Assembly (NCBI GenBank): GCA_031553395.1
Contig: JAVBLR010000001.1
Span: forward strand, 294,846 to 358,845
Reading direction: 5' to 3'
Source of the DNA: Bacteroidales bacterium
GTDB lineage: Bacteria; Bacteroidota; Bacteroidia; Bacteroidales; WRGA01
DNA: 64,000 nucleotides
Shown: positions 29,881 through 41,230 of the stretch, one piece after another
How the letters are laid out: each line of letters opens with the position of its first letter
Numbering within the stretch: position 1 is the stretch's first letter
Position numbers and translations under genes: made by a program
Notes under the pieces: model-generated
Seen by the model: only the letters and a program-made list of their open reading frames with translations
What the model was told of the DNA's origin: nothing
Databases searched by the model: none

Positions 29881-31404
29881 ATGGAAAAACGATTGATTAA
29901 GAAAGTACTGGTTGCTAACCGGGGAGAAATTGCTGTCCGGATTATGCGGTCGTGCCGGGAAATGGGAATTAAAACTGTTGCAGTTTATTCCGATGTAGAC
30001 AGGCCTTCGCGTCATGTTTTTTATGCCAATGAAGCTTGCTGTATTGGCGGAGCGCTTTCCAAAGATAGTTACTTGTCGATTGATCATGTAATCGAGGCTG
30101 CTAAACGTTTTCGGGTTGATGCAATTCATCCGGGATATGGTTTCTTGTCTGAAAATCCCGATTTTGCCCGTCGTTGCGAAGAAGAAGGTATTATCTTTAT
30201 TGGACCTTCAGCTGAAGCAATGGAAGCAATGGGTGATAAAATTACTGCCCGGAGAAGAATGATTGAGGCCGGCGTGCCTGTTGTTCCGGGAGTTCAAAAA
30301 AACTTAAAAACAGTCGAAGAAGCACAACAAGTTTGTAGAGAAATTGGTTTTCCGGTTATTTTCAAAGCCTCGGCAGGTGGTGGTGGAAAGGGAATGCGGC
30401 TGATTCGTAAAGAAAGTGAAATTGCAGATGCTTTTATGACAGCTAAATCCGAATCCCTTGCTTCTTTCGGAGATGATACGATCTACCTCGAAAAATATAT
30501 TGATTCCCCACACCATATTGAATTTCAAATTCTTGGAGATAAACACGGAAATGTTATTCATCTCTGCGAAAGGGAATGTTCCATTCAACGCCGGTATCAG
30601 AAATTGATAGAAGAATCACCTTCTCCTCTAATGACGGCTTCATTGCGTGCAAAAATGGGAGCTACAGCTGTTGCTGCTGCCAAGGCTGTTAATTATACCG
30701 GAGCCGGCACCATTGAATTTATAGTTGATGATAACCTCATTTATTATTTTTTGGAAATGAATACCCGTTTGCAGGTAGAACATCCGGTTACTGAAGAGGT
30801 AATTGATATTGATATGGTTAAAGAGCAAATTCGCATTGCCGAAGGACTTCCGCTTCGTCGCAAACAAGAGGATATTGTTCAGCGTGGACACGCTATCGAA
30901 TGCCGTATTTGTGCCGAAGATACGGAAAATGATTTTATGCCTGCCCCCGGAATTATAAAACAAATCACACGCCCATTAGGTATTGGTGCCCGTATCGATT
31001 CGTATGTATATGAAGGATATGAAATTCCCATTTATTACGATTCGATGATTGGAAAGCTGATTGTCAGGGGTGTAGACAGAGAAGAAGCCATTGAGCGTAT
31101 GTTGCGTTTATTGGATGAATATAAGCTGACAGGAGTAAAAAACAACATCGGATATTTGCGTAGGATAATTAATCATCCTGATTTTCGGGCAGGAAAATAT
31201 AATACACATTTCATTCCTAAGCATAAAGAAGAATTAGAAGCAAATCCCCATAAACATAAGCAGCCGGCAGATGAAAATATAGCTGTTATAACTGCTTATA
31301 TAGATTATCTGCTTAATTTGGAGGAATATATGCCTAAAGTTTCGGATACTCGTCCGATTAGTAGATGGAAGATGTTTGGAAAAAGAAGAAATATGAATTT
31401 TTAG
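29881..31404 (+). CDS. accC: Biotin carboxylase subunit of acyl-CoA (acetyl/propionyl-CoA) carboxylase
   Basis: 507 aa; VLVANRGEIAVRIMRSCREMGI N-terminus, ATP-grasp and biotin-carboxylase C-terminal regions. Confidence 0.85.
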   Translation: MEKRLIKKVLVANRGEIAVRIMRSCREMGIKTVAVYSDVDRPSRHVFYANEACCIGGALSKDSYLSIDHVIEAAKRFRVDAIHPGYGFLSENPDFARRCEEEGIIFIGPSAEAMEAMGDKITARRRMIEAGVPVVPGVQKNLKTVEEAQQVCREIGFPVIFKASAGGGGKGMRLIRKESEIADAFMTAKSESLASFGDDTIYLEKYIDSPHHIEFQILGDKHGNVIHLCERECSIQRRYQKLIEESPSPLMTASLRAKMGATAVAAAKAVNYTGAGTIEFIVDDNLIYYFLEMNTRLQVEHPVTEEVIDIDMVKEQIRIAEGLPLRRKQEDIVQRGHAIECRICAEDTENDFMPAPGIIKQITRPLGIGARIDSYVYEGYEIPIYYDSMIGKLIVRGVDREEAIERMLRLLDEYKLTGVKNNIGYLRRIINHPDFRAGKYNTHFIPKHKEELEANPHKHKQPADENIAVITAYIDYLLNLEEYMPKVSDTRPISRWKMFGKRRNMNF

Positions 31405-31463
31405 TTTAGATATTAGTGTTTAAATCATTATAGTTCAATATTATAATCATAATTTTCAAATTT

Positions 31464-31967
31464 ATGGAAGTACATATTGGAAATAGAATAATAGATGTCG
31501 AATTAATCAGTAAAGAAGGCAATCTAGTAAGAATCAGCATTGACAATGTTGTGTACGAAGTGGATATTGTTATGGCTGAAAACGGAGTTTGTTCCATTAT
31601 TTATGAAGGAAAATGCTATAATGCCGAATTTACCCATTCTGATGACGGCAAAAAATATATTGTGAATACTGATTTAATCAGTTTTCCGGTTGAAATTGTC
31701 GATCCACAAACAAAATATATCCGTAGTCGAAGAAAAGATGAAATAGATCAGTTTCAGGACCGTCTTGCATCTAAAATACCGGGAAAAGTTGTGAAAATCT
31801 TAGTGAAAGAAGGCGATGAAGTAAAGGCAGGACAACCTGTTATTATTGTCGAAGCCATGAAAATGCAAAATGAATATAAGGTAATGAACGACTGTATTAT
31901 AGAAAAAATTCTAGTAAAAGAAGGAGAAAATACAGTTGGAGACCAAACACTTGTTATCTTGAAGTAA
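31464..31967 (+). CDS. Biotin carboxyl carrier / biotin-lipoyl attachment domain protein
   Basis: 167 aa; EAMKMQNE biotinylation motif. Confidence 0.8.
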   Translation: MEVHIGNRIIDVELISKEGNLVRISIDNVVYEVDIVMAENGVCSIIYEGKCYNAEFTHSDDGKKYIVNTDLISFPVEIVDPQTKYIRSRRKDEIDQFQDRLASKIPGKVVKILVKEGDEVKAGQPVIIVEAMKMQNEYKVMNDCIIEKILVKEGENTVGDQTLVILK

Positions 31968-31977
31968 TTGGTTATTA

Positions 31978-32027
31978 GTTGTTTGTTATTTGGAATTATA
32001 CCATTCAAATAACAAATAACAAACAAC
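31978..32027. repeat. GTTATT-family intercistronic hairpin (perfect 15-bp stem, 20-nt loop)
   Basis: GTTGTTTGTTATTTG (31978-31992) pairs with CAAATAACAAACAAC (32013-32027), between the BCCP stop and the carboxyltransferase start. Confidence 0.6.
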
Positions 32028-32052
32028 GGATAACAAATAACAAATAACTAAA

Positions 32053-33588
32053 ATGAAAGCTAAGAAAGAAATTTATGATGAATTCCTTGCCATTGATAAG
32101 GCTGTATCATTAGGAGGAGGACAAAACAAAATAGATAAGCAACATGAAGCCGGTAAATTAACGGCACGTGAGCGTATTGACCTTTTATTGGATAAAGAAT
32201 CTTTTGAAGAAATAGACAGGTATGTAGCTCATACATGCAATAATTTCAACATGGAAAAAACAAAAATTCCGGGGGATGGAGTTGTTGCCGGATATGGAAA
32301 AATAGACGGTCGTTTGGTATATGTTTATGCTTTTGATTTTACGGTTTTTGGAGGAACTGCTGGCCGTTCAAATGCAGCTAAAATTTTGAAGGTTCAAAAA
32401 TTGGCGCTTAAAATGGGAGCTCCTGTCATTGGAATTAACGATTCGGGTGGAGCTCGCATACAAGAAGGTGTTGCATCCTTAGGCGGTTATGGCGATATTT
32501 TTTATCAAAATGTAATGTCTTCGGGTGTTATTCCTCAAATTTCGCTGATTATGGGACCATGTGCCGGTGGAGCATGTTATTCTCCGGCAATTACTGATTT
32601 TGTTTTTATGGTAAAGGACGAAAGTTATATGTTTATTACCGGTCCGGATGTTGTAAAAACAGTAACACAGGAAGATGTAACAAAAGAAGAATTAGGAGGA
32701 GCAATTACGCATAGTACTAAAAGCGGTGTTGCCCATTTTATTGGGAATACAGAAGAAGAAACATTGATGATGGTACGGGAATTGCTTAGCTTCCTTCCTT
32801 CCAACAATATTGAGGAAACGCCGATAGTTCCTCATCCGGAAGAAAAAATACCGGATAATGATAAATTGAATGAGTTAATTCCGGATAATCCCGATAAGCC
32901 GTATGACATGAAAGAATTAATTGAAGCTGTTGCTGATGATAATTACTTTTTTGAAGTCATGCCAAAATATGCACAAAATATAGTTGTAGGATTTGTCCGG
33001 ATGAATGGCAGGTCTGTAGGAATTGTGGCCAATCAGCCTGCATTCCTGGCAGGGGTATTGGATATTGATGCATCGGAAAAAGCTGCACGTTTTATCCGTT
33101 TCTGCGATTGTTTCAATATTCCACTTATTACTTTTGAAGATGTTCCCGGATTCCTTCCCGGATGTGACCAGGAACACGACGGAATCATTCGTCGTGGAGC
33201 AAAATTACTATATGCTTTTGCTGAGGCAACTGTACCGAAAATTACCATTATTACCCGCAAAGCGTATGGAGGGGCTTATGTTGTGATGTCGAGCAAACAT
33301 TTGGGTGGAGATATGAACTTTGCATATCCTTCGGCCGAAATTGCAGTAATGGGAGCTTCGGGTGCAGTGAATGTTCTCTACCGAAATTTGGATGAAAAGG
33401 ATAAAGCGAATCAAATACAAGAATACGAAAATATATTTTCCAATCCTTACCGTGCTGCCGAATTAGGCTTTATTGATGAAATTATTATGCCATCCCGAAC
33501 AAGGGCTAAATTAATCAAAGCGTTGGAAATGACCCAAACGAAAGTGCGTATAACTCCATCAAAAAAACATGGGAATATTCCTTTGTAA
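32053..33588 (+). CDS. Acyl-CoA carboxylase carboxyltransferase subunit (propionyl-CoA carboxylase beta / methylmalonyl-CoA decarboxylase alpha family)
   Basis: 511 aa; two carboxyl-transferase half domains. Confidence 0.85.
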   Translation: MKAKKEIYDEFLAIDKAVSLGGGQNKIDKQHEAGKLTARERIDLLLDKESFEEIDRYVAHTCNNFNMEKTKIPGDGVVAGYGKIDGRLVYVYAFDFTVFGGTAGRSNAAKILKVQKLALKMGAPVIGINDSGGARIQEGVASLGGYGDIFYQNVMSSGVIPQISLIMGPCAGGACYSPAITDFVFMVKDESYMFITGPDVVKTVTQEDVTKEELGGAITHSTKSGVAHFIGNTEEETLMMVRELLSFLPSNNIEETPIVPHPEEKIPDNDKLNELIPDNPDKPYDMKELIEAVADDNYFFEVMPKYAQNIVVGFVRMNGRSVGIVANQPAFLAGVLDIDASEKAARFIRFCDCFNIPLITFEDVPGFLPGCDQEHDGIIRRGAKLLYAFAEATVPKITIITRKAYGGAYVVMSSKHLGGDMNFAYPSAEIAVMGASGAVNVLYRNLDEKDKANQIQEYENIFSNPYRAAELGFIDEIIMPSRTRAKLIKALEMTQTKVRITPSKKHGNIPL

Positions 33589-33671
33589 AGCAATGATATT
33601 CATTGATATTCGAAGTTTTTTATGACAACAAATATCAATGAATATCTATAAATATCATAAAAAGTAAATAT

Positions 33672-35129
33672 CTACTTATTCTTCGGTTTAACCTCTTCCG
33701 GTTCCTGAATTTCAATAGGTTGATTTTTTTCATCCTTCTCTTCCCCTTTCAAATAAGAAGGCAAATTCAATCCTGCTTGTTGGAAAATATCATTCAATGG
33801 AGGAACCGATTTCATCATTCCCGAAATAAAATTGGCAGTAGAAGTATTTCCTTCACCATTGGCGTTGCTGTCCCAAACGGTAACTTTATCAATTTTGATA
33901 TTCTTGATGGCTTCAACTTGTGTTTGAACCAATTCGGGCAATTTATCCGTAATAAGCAATAAGGCAGCTTTATCCGGATTTCCGGCAGCGGCTTCAACGA
34001 TTTTGGATAAACCGGCTGCTTGTTTGGTTAATATCTCGTAAGTACCTTTTGCCTGAGCTTCCATTTTTGCATAAATCGCATCCGCTTCCCCTTTTGCTTC
34101 GCGACGCATACGTTCTGCTTCAGCTTCAGCTTCGATGATTGCTTTTTCTTTATCAATTTCGGCAGGGATAACAATGTTTGCCATTTGAGTAGCTTTTTCT
34201 CTTTCAGCACGGGCGATTTCAGCTTCTCTTTCGGCAGAATACGCTTCTTCCAATGCCTTAGCGCTTTGTACTTTTTCGGCAGCAATTGCACGACGGGAAG
34301 CTTCGGCTTCTTTTTCACGACGGATAGCATCAGAATTGGCAATTGATATTTGAGCATTGTTTTCTCCTTCTACCGCATTTGCATTGGCTTCGGAGGTGCG
34401 GATACGCGTATCTCGTTGAGTTTCGGCAATGCGGATATCTTTATCCCTGTCGGCTTCTGCCTTACCGATTTCCCCGAAACGGTTTTGTTCAGCAACACTC
34501 TTTTTAGCATCATTGATAGCTTTTGCAGCGGCTTCTTTTCCAAGAGCTTCGATGTAACCCGATTCATCGCGAATATCGGTAACGTTTACGTTTATCAGTT
34601 TCAATCCGATTTTACGCAATTCGGCCTCAACATTTGCACTTACATTTGCCAAAAATTTATCACGGTCGGAATTGATTTCTTCAATATCCATTGTAGCAAT
34701 AACCAAACGCAATTGTCCGAAGAGAATATCCTTTGCTAGGTCCTGGATATGTTCCAGTCGCAAGCCTAATAAACGTTCGGCTGCATTTGTCATACTATCG
34801 GCTTCGGTAGAAATACCTACGGTAAAACGGCAAGGAACATCTACACGGATATTTTGTTTACTCAATGCATTTGTAAGGTTACACTCGATGGAAATAGGAG
34901 TTAAATCCAAAAATGAGTAATTCTGGAATACCGGCCAGATAAATGCAGCTCCACCATGAACACAACGGGCAGAACTATTTGTTCCTTCCTTATTTTTACC
35001 TGTTCGCCCATAAATAACCAACACTTTATCTGAAGGACAACGTTTATAACGAGATAAAATAGCAGAAAACGTGACAAAAAGTACCACAACTGCTACAACA
35101 ATTAAAATAATAGGTGAAAACATATTCAA
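33672..35129 (-). CDS. Flotillin-like SPFH/band-7 protein (YqiK-like)
   Basis: 485 aa; N-terminal TM, SPFH domain, and long Ala/Glu-rich coiled coil (AEAEAERMRREA...). Confidence 0.8.
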   Translation of the reverse strand: MNMFSPIILIVVAVVVLFVTFSAILSRYKRCPSDKVLVIYGRTGKNKEGTNSSARCVHGGAAFIWPVFQNYSFLDLTPISIECNLTNALSKQNIRVDVPCRFTVGISTEADSMTNAAERLLGLRLEHIQDLAKDILFGQLRLVIATMDIEEINSDRDKFLANVSANVEAELRKIGLKLINVNVTDIRDESGYIEALGKEAAAKAINDAKKSVAEQNRFGEIGKAEADRDKDIRIAETQRDTRIRTSEANANAVEGENNAQISIANSDAIRREKEAEASRRAIAAEKVQSAKALEEAYSAEREAEIARAEREKATQMANIVIPAEIDKEKAIIEAEAEAERMRREAKGEADAIYAKMEAQAKGTYEILTKQAAGLSKIVEAAAGNPDKAALLLITDKLPELVQTQVEAIKNIKIDKVTVWDSNANGEGNTSTANFISGMMKSVPPLNDIFQQAGLNLPSYLKGEEKDEKNQPIEIQEPEEVKPKNK

Positions 35130-35202
35130 TTAAAAGTTATAAGATTAGAGAAATTATTTATATAAAGTAAAACCTTTTACCTTTTACCTTTTACTTATTA
35201 CC

Positions 35203-35778
35203 TTACAATGGGATTTTTTCAACCAAAAGACAAGTTTTATCCACAACATCCACTATTTTTACAATTTGGCCGGTTTTGATGGTTTCATCTTTGGTTATGG
35301 CGTCGTATTCTCTCACAGCTCCTTGTATAGACATTTGCACTTTGCCCATTCCACCTTCGTTTCCGGGAATCGTTAAATATACATTAGCTGTTTTTCCGAT
35401 AGCATTGTTTATATCAATGTTGCCTGATTGTTGTTGTTTACTCATTACCTTGAAGATAAACATAACAAGTGCAACCAGAATAATTCCGCCCCAAACGGCT
35501 ATAACAACCTGAAAGAATTCATTTTCAATCCTTTCTTTTACAACGATAAATGTCCAGCCAAATCCGAGGATAAAATTGATTAAATTCCGGAAAGTAAATA
35601 ATTGAAACGGTTCCGATTCGCTTCCTGAAGCATCATGACCGGAAACATCAAAATCTCCATCGGCATCCATTCCTAAGAATGTCATCACGGTTTGCACAGC
35701 AAAAATCAGTGTCGCACATAATGTTATGCACCACAATAGTTTGTCAACCATGTCTAAAGAATTCCACCAAGTTTCCAT
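35203..35778 (-). CDS. NfeD/YqiJ-like membrane protein (OB-fold), partner of flotillin
   Basis: 191 aa; TM helices plus C-terminal beta domain. Located immediately upstream of flotillin on the same strand. Confidence 0.65.
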   Translation of the reverse strand: METWWNSLDMVDKLLWCITLCATLIFAVQTVMTFLGMDADGDFDVSGHDASGSESEPFQLFTFRNLINFILGFGWTFIVVKERIENEFFQVVIAVWGGIILVALVMFIFKVMSKQQQSGNIDINNAIGKTANVYLTIPGNEGGMGKVQMSIQGAVREYDAITKDETIKTGQIVKIVDVVDKTCLLVEKIPL

Positions 35779-35828
35779 AAAGTTAATTATTTGTTGAACA
35801 AAAGTATAACTTATTTACTTTAAAATCA

Positions 35829-37688
35829 CTATTTTTTCGAAGGATAAATATAATCATTTATCCTTCCTCTCAATTTACTACTTTGAGCAGTATTTCCGTT
35901 ATTTTCAGTTTCTACTTGAACTAAATAACTTACTCTTTCCAATAGTTGGGTAGGAAATTCATGCTTAATAGAATTTGGTCTGAAAATATATTGGTAAAGA
36001 ATATTAACTGTTTCATCTGAATAGCGTTGAGCTTCTTCCCTGAGTTTACATTCATAAAGTAAGGATGTTACATAATAGAATCCATTGTAATAAGGATAGT
36101 TCTTCTTTTTAAAAAAGTTGTAAAACAATATCATTACTTCTCTTGCTTTGTCAGGTTGCTTGTTTTTATTGTAGTAAGAGCAAATTGTACTTGATAATCT
36201 GAAGAGATTGGCAAAACAGATAGTATTATGAGACTCATCCATTAACTTATTGTTGGTAAAAGGATTCAGAAATATGTTGGATAAATAATCCATTTGTTTT
36301 TCAATATATTTCGGATTTTGATATTCTAAATCAGAATCTTTTTCTGTCAATTTTAAAACAATGCCTTCATTAATAAGCTGTTTATATTTGATATAGGAGG
36401 GTTTATATGTGAAATAGATAGGTCTTTTATCAATATAATTCTGTATGATATCTAAAGAAATACAATCACCCATAGATAAATAATTTTGCAAAAGAACCGG
36501 AATTTTATTATTCCCTTTTTCAATAAAAGCATTTTTTTGAGAAAAGTATGGATAAGATCTTGATTTTCCGGTATATAAAGCACCTGAAATTAATGCAGAT
36601 ACTGGTATACTTTTTTGTTTTGTATCAGATTGATTATAGTTATAACTAAACCACGAAAGTTTTTCATCACTATATAAAGCAACAGGTATCGATAATTCAA
36701 TAGTTTTATTTTTATCCAAATAATACACATAATTAGAAAAATCCAATAACGATTTGTTGATAACAAGTACATCTTTACGATAATTCAGTTGATTTTGCAA
36801 GAACCAAAGAGGATATGTATCATTATCGCCGGATGTAAATAATATAGCATTCGGTTCTAACGAATTAAGGTAATTTTTTGCTTCATTGAGGTAGCATTCA
36901 TCAAGATAACATTGAGAAATGTATTTACCAGCCAATTCCTCTTTTCCACAAAATTGCAATGATGAATATGTATAATACAACTCATTAAAATACCTTACAC
37001 GAATATTTCCAACCAGCGTTTCATAATCGGGATAATTTTTGGATAGATTTTTATATATACCAATGGCTTTATCCTGTATTTGAAGAAAAGCATCAATCCG
37101 ATCATCATTGGGCATGGATATTCCTTTGAGTTTACTTCGTAATGGATTGGATGCATCACTTGGTTCTCCGTATTGATGCCGCATATAACCATCCGCATAG
37201 AAAGAATATGCCCTTGCTAATCCTTCTTGTATTGTATCGGAAATGTTTTCAGATTGATTTTTAAATTCTGCAATTATATCTTTATCCCATCCTGGATAAC
37301 CATAATAGGAGCACCTGTCAAATGAGAACCATTCGAATGCGTGTCCCATAAGGTAATTCTCAGCAGCCTTTATTTTTTCAATGGCTAATTTTTCAGTGGT
37401 TTTATTGTATAATTTCAGTAGTAAAAAGGTGTTTGAAACGTTATCCCAAAAAGGTTCGATATCATAAATAACGTTTTTTTCTTTTTCATATTTACACTTA
37501 CACACTTGCCAACCCTCTTTATTTTTAATAAAGGAAAGTTCTTCTCCTGTATTTTTAAACTGATAATTTCGAAAAAAGAGTGTAACAACTTCATTATATT
37601 TTGGATAAGAATGAAAATTCATCTCCGTTTTTGCAGAAGTACAAGCTGTGAGTAAAAATAAACAAAGGACGAATACTGTTTTCTTCAC
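35829..37688 (-). CDS. Lipoprotein, unknown function
   Basis: 619 aa; lipobox LLTACTSAK; Tyr/Asn-rich. Confidence 0.5.
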   Translation of the reverse strand: MKKTVFVLCLFLLTACTSAKTEMNFHSYPKYNEVVTLFFRNYQFKNTGEELSFIKNKEGWQVCKCKYEKEKNVIYDIEPFWDNVSNTFLLLKLYNKTTEKLAIEKIKAAENYLMGHAFEWFSFDRCSYYGYPGWDKDIIAEFKNQSENISDTIQEGLARAYSFYADGYMRHQYGEPSDASNPLRSKLKGISMPNDDRIDAFLQIQDKAIGIYKNLSKNYPDYETLVGNIRVRYFNELYYTYSSLQFCGKEELAGKYISQCYLDECYLNEAKNYLNSLEPNAILFTSGDNDTYPLWFLQNQLNYRKDVLVINKSLLDFSNYVYYLDKNKTIELSIPVALYSDEKLSWFSYNYNQSDTKQKSIPVSALISGALYTGKSRSYPYFSQKNAFIEKGNNKIPVLLQNYLSMGDCISLDIIQNYIDKRPIYFTYKPSYIKYKQLINEGIVLKLTEKDSDLEYQNPKYIEKQMDYLSNIFLNPFTNNKLMDESHNTICFANLFRLSSTICSYYNKNKQPDKAREVMILFYNFFKKKNYPYYNGFYYVTSLLYECKLREEAQRYSDETVNILYQYIFRPNSIKHEFPTQLLERVSYLVQVETENNGNTAQSSKLRGRINDYIYPSKK

Positions 37689-37740
37689 TTCTTAGTTAAT
37701 ATTTTGAATGAGAATAATTAAGCTATGAAATTAGACAAAT

Positions 37741-38973
37741 TTAGGAAGGGTTCTCATTTACCACCGAAGCCGCATTTTTTGCCGGAATCCAAGCTGTAAT
37801 CAAACCCAAGCCTAAAACTGTTACAAAAACCAACAAGATATCAGTTAGTTGCACTTGTACCGGATATGCATTTACAATGTAAGCTGAACTGCCATCTCCT
37901 AATTGTAAAATACCAAAATGTTGCTGAATAAGACATAAAATAACCCCCAAAATAATCCCGGAAATAGCGCCGATACCGGAAATCATCCAGCCTTCGAATA
38001 AAAATATATTGAAAATGAGTTTATTATCAGCGCCTAAATTCTGTAATGTTTTTACATCTTCTTTTTTGTCTATAATCAACATTGACAGTGAGCCGATTAC
38101 ATTAAAAATAGCGATAACAACAATCAATATCAGAATTAAAAAAGTCATCCATTTTTCTATTTGAACAACACGATAGGCATCCTCTTGTTGTTCCTGCTGA
38201 TTTTTTACCTTGTAAGAATTACCTAAATACTTTTGTATTTTTGCTTCCGTTTTGTCAGTATTAGCATCGGATTTTAGTTTTAATTCTACAGCAGAAACCT
38301 CTGTTTTATAATTAAATAATGTGCGGGCAACATGCAATGGGATAAATACATAATGCTCATCATACTTGGCTTGTAAAATAGAAAATACACCTACAACATA
38401 TAAATATTCGGTATTGAAAGCCGCCGAAGGATTTGACATATTGACTTTTGCCAAACGATTGGGCGCATAAATCTCGATTGGTTCGGAATATCCGGCTCTA
38501 AGTCCTAATACATTTGCCAGTCCGATTCCTGGTGTCGCGTAAATGGCCGCACTGTCTTCCAACACAAAAGAACCATCAAAAATAATGTTTTTTATATTTG
38601 TCAGTCGGGCATAATTATCATCAACACCTTTGATAGTAGCAACCATCTGTTTATCATTGTATTTTACCAGAGCATTGTCTTCCAGCGTATACGAATATTG
38701 GTCTATTTCTTCCCATTTCAATAGTGTTTTGATACTGTCATTTTCCGAATCAAATACTTTTCCTTTTGCCGGAGTAATTTTAAGTTGAGGGTCGATTTGG
38801 CTATATAATCCCGAAATTAAACTCTGAAAACCATTAAATACAGATAATGTACAAATCAATGCCATTGTTGCAACAGCCACTCCACATACCGAAACGCCTG
38901 ATATCAGATTGATTGCATTATGGGATTTTTTTGAAAATAAATATCTTCGGGCAATAAATAAGGGTAAATTCAT
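37741..38973 (-). CDS. ABC transporter permease, FtsX/LolE-like
   Basis: 410 aa; N-terminal TM, large periplasmic loop, and three C-terminal TM helices of the FtsX fold. Confidence 0.75.
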   Translation of the reverse strand: MNLPLFIARRYLFSKKSHNAINLISGVSVCGVAVATMALICTLSVFNGFQSLISGLYSQIDPQLKITPAKGKVFDSENDSIKTLLKWEEIDQYSYTLEDNALVKYNDKQMVATIKGVDDNYARLTNIKNIIFDGSFVLEDSAAIYATPGIGLANVLGLRAGYSEPIEIYAPNRLAKVNMSNPSAAFNTEYLYVVGVFSILQAKYDEHYVFIPLHVARTLFNYKTEVSAVELKLKSDANTDKTEAKIQKYLGNSYKVKNQQEQQEDAYRVVQIEKWMTFLILILIVVIAIFNVIGSLSMLIIDKKEDVKTLQNLGADNKLIFNIFLFEGWMISGIGAISGIILGVILCLIQQHFGILQLGDGSSAYIVNAYPVQVQLTDILLVFVTVLGLGLITAWIPAKNAASVVNENPS

Positions 38974-38979
38974 TTCTTA

Positions 38980-39879
38980 TTATTTTCTCAGAGCTTCCAA
39001 CCTGTTGCTTCTTGTAGGATAAATATCAAGTAGTAGTTTGTAAATTTCTTCCTTTTCGGATGTTGGAGCTTTAGAATATATGTTTATGATTTCATCTAAT
39101 TTCGTATCGGCAAAAAGAGGAAAAATTACGCTGGTTGGCCGGGCGCTATATGCTTCTTTCAAAGCAGGAAGGGCTGCCGTTATTTTACCCCTACCTCTTT
39201 CGGCGTTTGCAACCATATCATCCAATCCCTGGCGATGATAAATATACCACATTTGACGATATGATTTCAATCCTTCATCCACAAAAGCAGATGCCAAAGC
39301 ATAACGGTTATTGAGATTATCAAAAGCTTTCCATCCGGTTTCTACATACGATTGAGCCTTATTAGCCACACTCATTGCTACTTCAAAAAACGGACTTCCG
39401 CCATACAAGGAAAAACTATCAAAATCAACACCTAAAATAATATAAGAATAAAAAGCCAAAACAGTTGATAGATTGCTGTTGGTCGAAGCATCATTGTATT
39501 CCAATACATCGTATTCGTTATAAATAAAATCCAAAGCCGGATCCCGAAAATTAAAAGTGGTAGTTGTATAAGCAGCGTTATAAACCGGCCTTACAGCTTG
39601 TACCTGTAATTCAGCCTTAAATTGATTGTCAGTAGTCATTTCACTGATAGTAATATAAAAAGAACAATCAACTCGTTCTGTATTATTCATTTTATACTCC
39701 GACCAACGGCGATTGTTCACAAACTCTGTGATTGCTTTTTGCATATTTGTAAAAAGCTGTTTATTGGTAGTTTGTATTTTTTCACTGTTTACAGTTACAC
39801 GGCAATTTAATTCCTGAGCCAAAACCAGTGGCGAAATCAAAAAATTTATCAGTAAGAAAAAGAAAATAATAATTTTCAT
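38980..39879 (-). CDS. Secreted hypothetical protein (start trimmed to MKIIIFFFLL...)
   Basis: The ORF extends to 40023, but the internal Met at 39879 gives a canonical signal peptide. Possibly the Bacteroidota DUF4835 family; low certainty. Confidence 0.5.
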   Translation of the reverse strand: MKIIIFFFLLINFLISPLVLAQELNCRVTVNSEKIQTTNKQLFTNMQKAITEFVNNRRWSEYKMNNTERVDCSFYITISEMTTDNQFKAELQVQAVRPVYNAAYTTTTFNFRDPALDFIYNEYDVLEYNDASTNSNLSTVLAFYSYIILGVDFDSFSLYGGSPFFEVAMSVANKAQSYVETGWKAFDNLNNRYALASAFVDEGLKSYRQMWYIYHRQGLDDMVANAERGRGKITAALPALKEAYSARPTSVIFPLFADTKLDEIINIYSKAPTSEKEEIYKLLLDIYPTRSNRLEALRK

Positions 39880-40174
39880 CCGTTTATATATTATAGAGTA
39901 TTGAAAATAAGCACTATTAATACACTGAAAATTGAGGTAAACATAATGTACTATTTTGACAAAAGTAAAAAATAACTTATATGTATGCAAAAAAACGAAC
40001 TTGTTTCTGAACAATTTCCCCAAAAAAGCATTTCTATTTAAGATATAATAAAAAGAACCTAAATAATTAACACAACTTAAAAGAAATAATTAATCCATAC
40101 ATGTTTTTTTGTTATATTTGCACTATATTCCTTATTTAAAATGCAGATATGTTTGTAAAATATAACAAATTTTT

Positions 40175-41209
40175 ATGAGAGCTATTGCATTTAATATAAT
40201 CATATTTTTAATTCTTATTTCTTTTGTTGCATGTAATCCACCAGCATTGGTTATTTCATTAAACGTAAAAATGCCGGCTAATGTTGTGTTTGCAAAAGAT
40301 ATAAATCATGTAGTTATTGTTAATAACGCAGGGTTTCAGCCATCCGATGATGGACATGTTGCAATGTATAAAAAAGTTAAAACAGTTTTAGATATCCCGG
40401 TAGATAGTTTGAATATATTGATGTGCCGGAGCTTAATGGAGGAAATAGAAACTCAAAAATTCTTTTCGACAGTTGATTTTTACAATTTTCCGTTTAGAAA
40501 TGATACCAATTATTTTGAAGTGAAGCCATTGTCTAAAGTTCAAATAGATGATATTACTACTCAAACAGGTGCAGATGCCTTAATTGTTTTGGATTTTTTT
40601 GAAATGAAAAGCACATTGGGCATCAAAAACGTTAAGGGGCTTTCCAAATGGGTTACGTATGATGTTACAAACCGGTCTTTGTTCAATATTTATTACAATG
40701 GAGAAAAGCATAAGCCATTGGTGGTAAATGATAGTTTATTTTGGGACGCATACGGTTTTGACCTGAAAGATGCAATAGAAGGGTTACCATACTTGGATGA
40801 TGCATTGAAAACAGCAACAGATCATGCTGCAAAAAAAGCAATGGAGGATTTTATTCCACATTGGCAACCGGAAGTTCGGAAATATTTTTCTTTTTCATCA
40901 GGAAATCTGGGAAAAGCCTCACAAATGGCGAGAAATTCTGATTGGAATGGAGCCTTTACCATTTGGTCGGAAACGTATGAAAAAACGGATAATTTGAGCC
41001 TTCGTGCCCGATGTGCAGCAAACATGGCTTTGGTATACGAAATAAATGATGATTTTCCGCAAGCTGTAGAATGGGCTACTCAGGCACAAAAAGAATTTCA
41101 GGCAATAGGAAAAGCCAGCGACAAGGAAGAGGTCGAAGAACTAAATAACTATATTACCCGTTTAAAACAAAGAATTGTTGAATCCAAGCAATTGGATATA
41201 CAAGAATAA
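40175..41209 (+). CDS. Lipoprotein with helical (TPR-like) C-terminal region
   Basis: 344 aa; lipobox SFVACNPP. Confidence 0.5.
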   Translation: MRAIAFNIIIFLILISFVACNPPALVISLNVKMPANVVFAKDINHVVIVNNAGFQPSDDGHVAMYKKVKTVLDIPVDSLNILMCRSLMEEIETQKFFSTVDFYNFPFRNDTNYFEVKPLSKVQIDDITTQTGADALIVLDFFEMKSTLGIKNVKGLSKWVTYDVTNRSLFNIYYNGEKHKPLVVNDSLFWDAYGFDLKDAIEGLPYLDDALKTATDHAAKKAMEDFIPHWQPEVRKYFSFSSGNLGKASQMARNSDWNGAFTIWSETYEKTDNLSLRARCAANMALVYEINDDFPQAVEWATQAQKEFQAIGKASDKEEVEELNNYITRLKQRIVESKQLDIQE

Positions 41210-41230
41210 TGAAATATTTGACCATTAGTT

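Noticed and set aside
34028-34357. 109-aa extremely Lys-rich ORF inside the flotillin gene (same strand, other frame)
   Set aside because: It is a frame artefact of the GCA/GAA-rich Ala/Glu coiled-coil coding region of flotillin; no independent start signals.
29881-35778. accC-BCCP-carboxyltransferase followed by flotillin/NfeD as a novel linked system
   Set aside because: The two units are convergent with separate terminators or spacers, and both are standard housekeeping modules in Bacteroidota. Adjacency is most likely coincidental.
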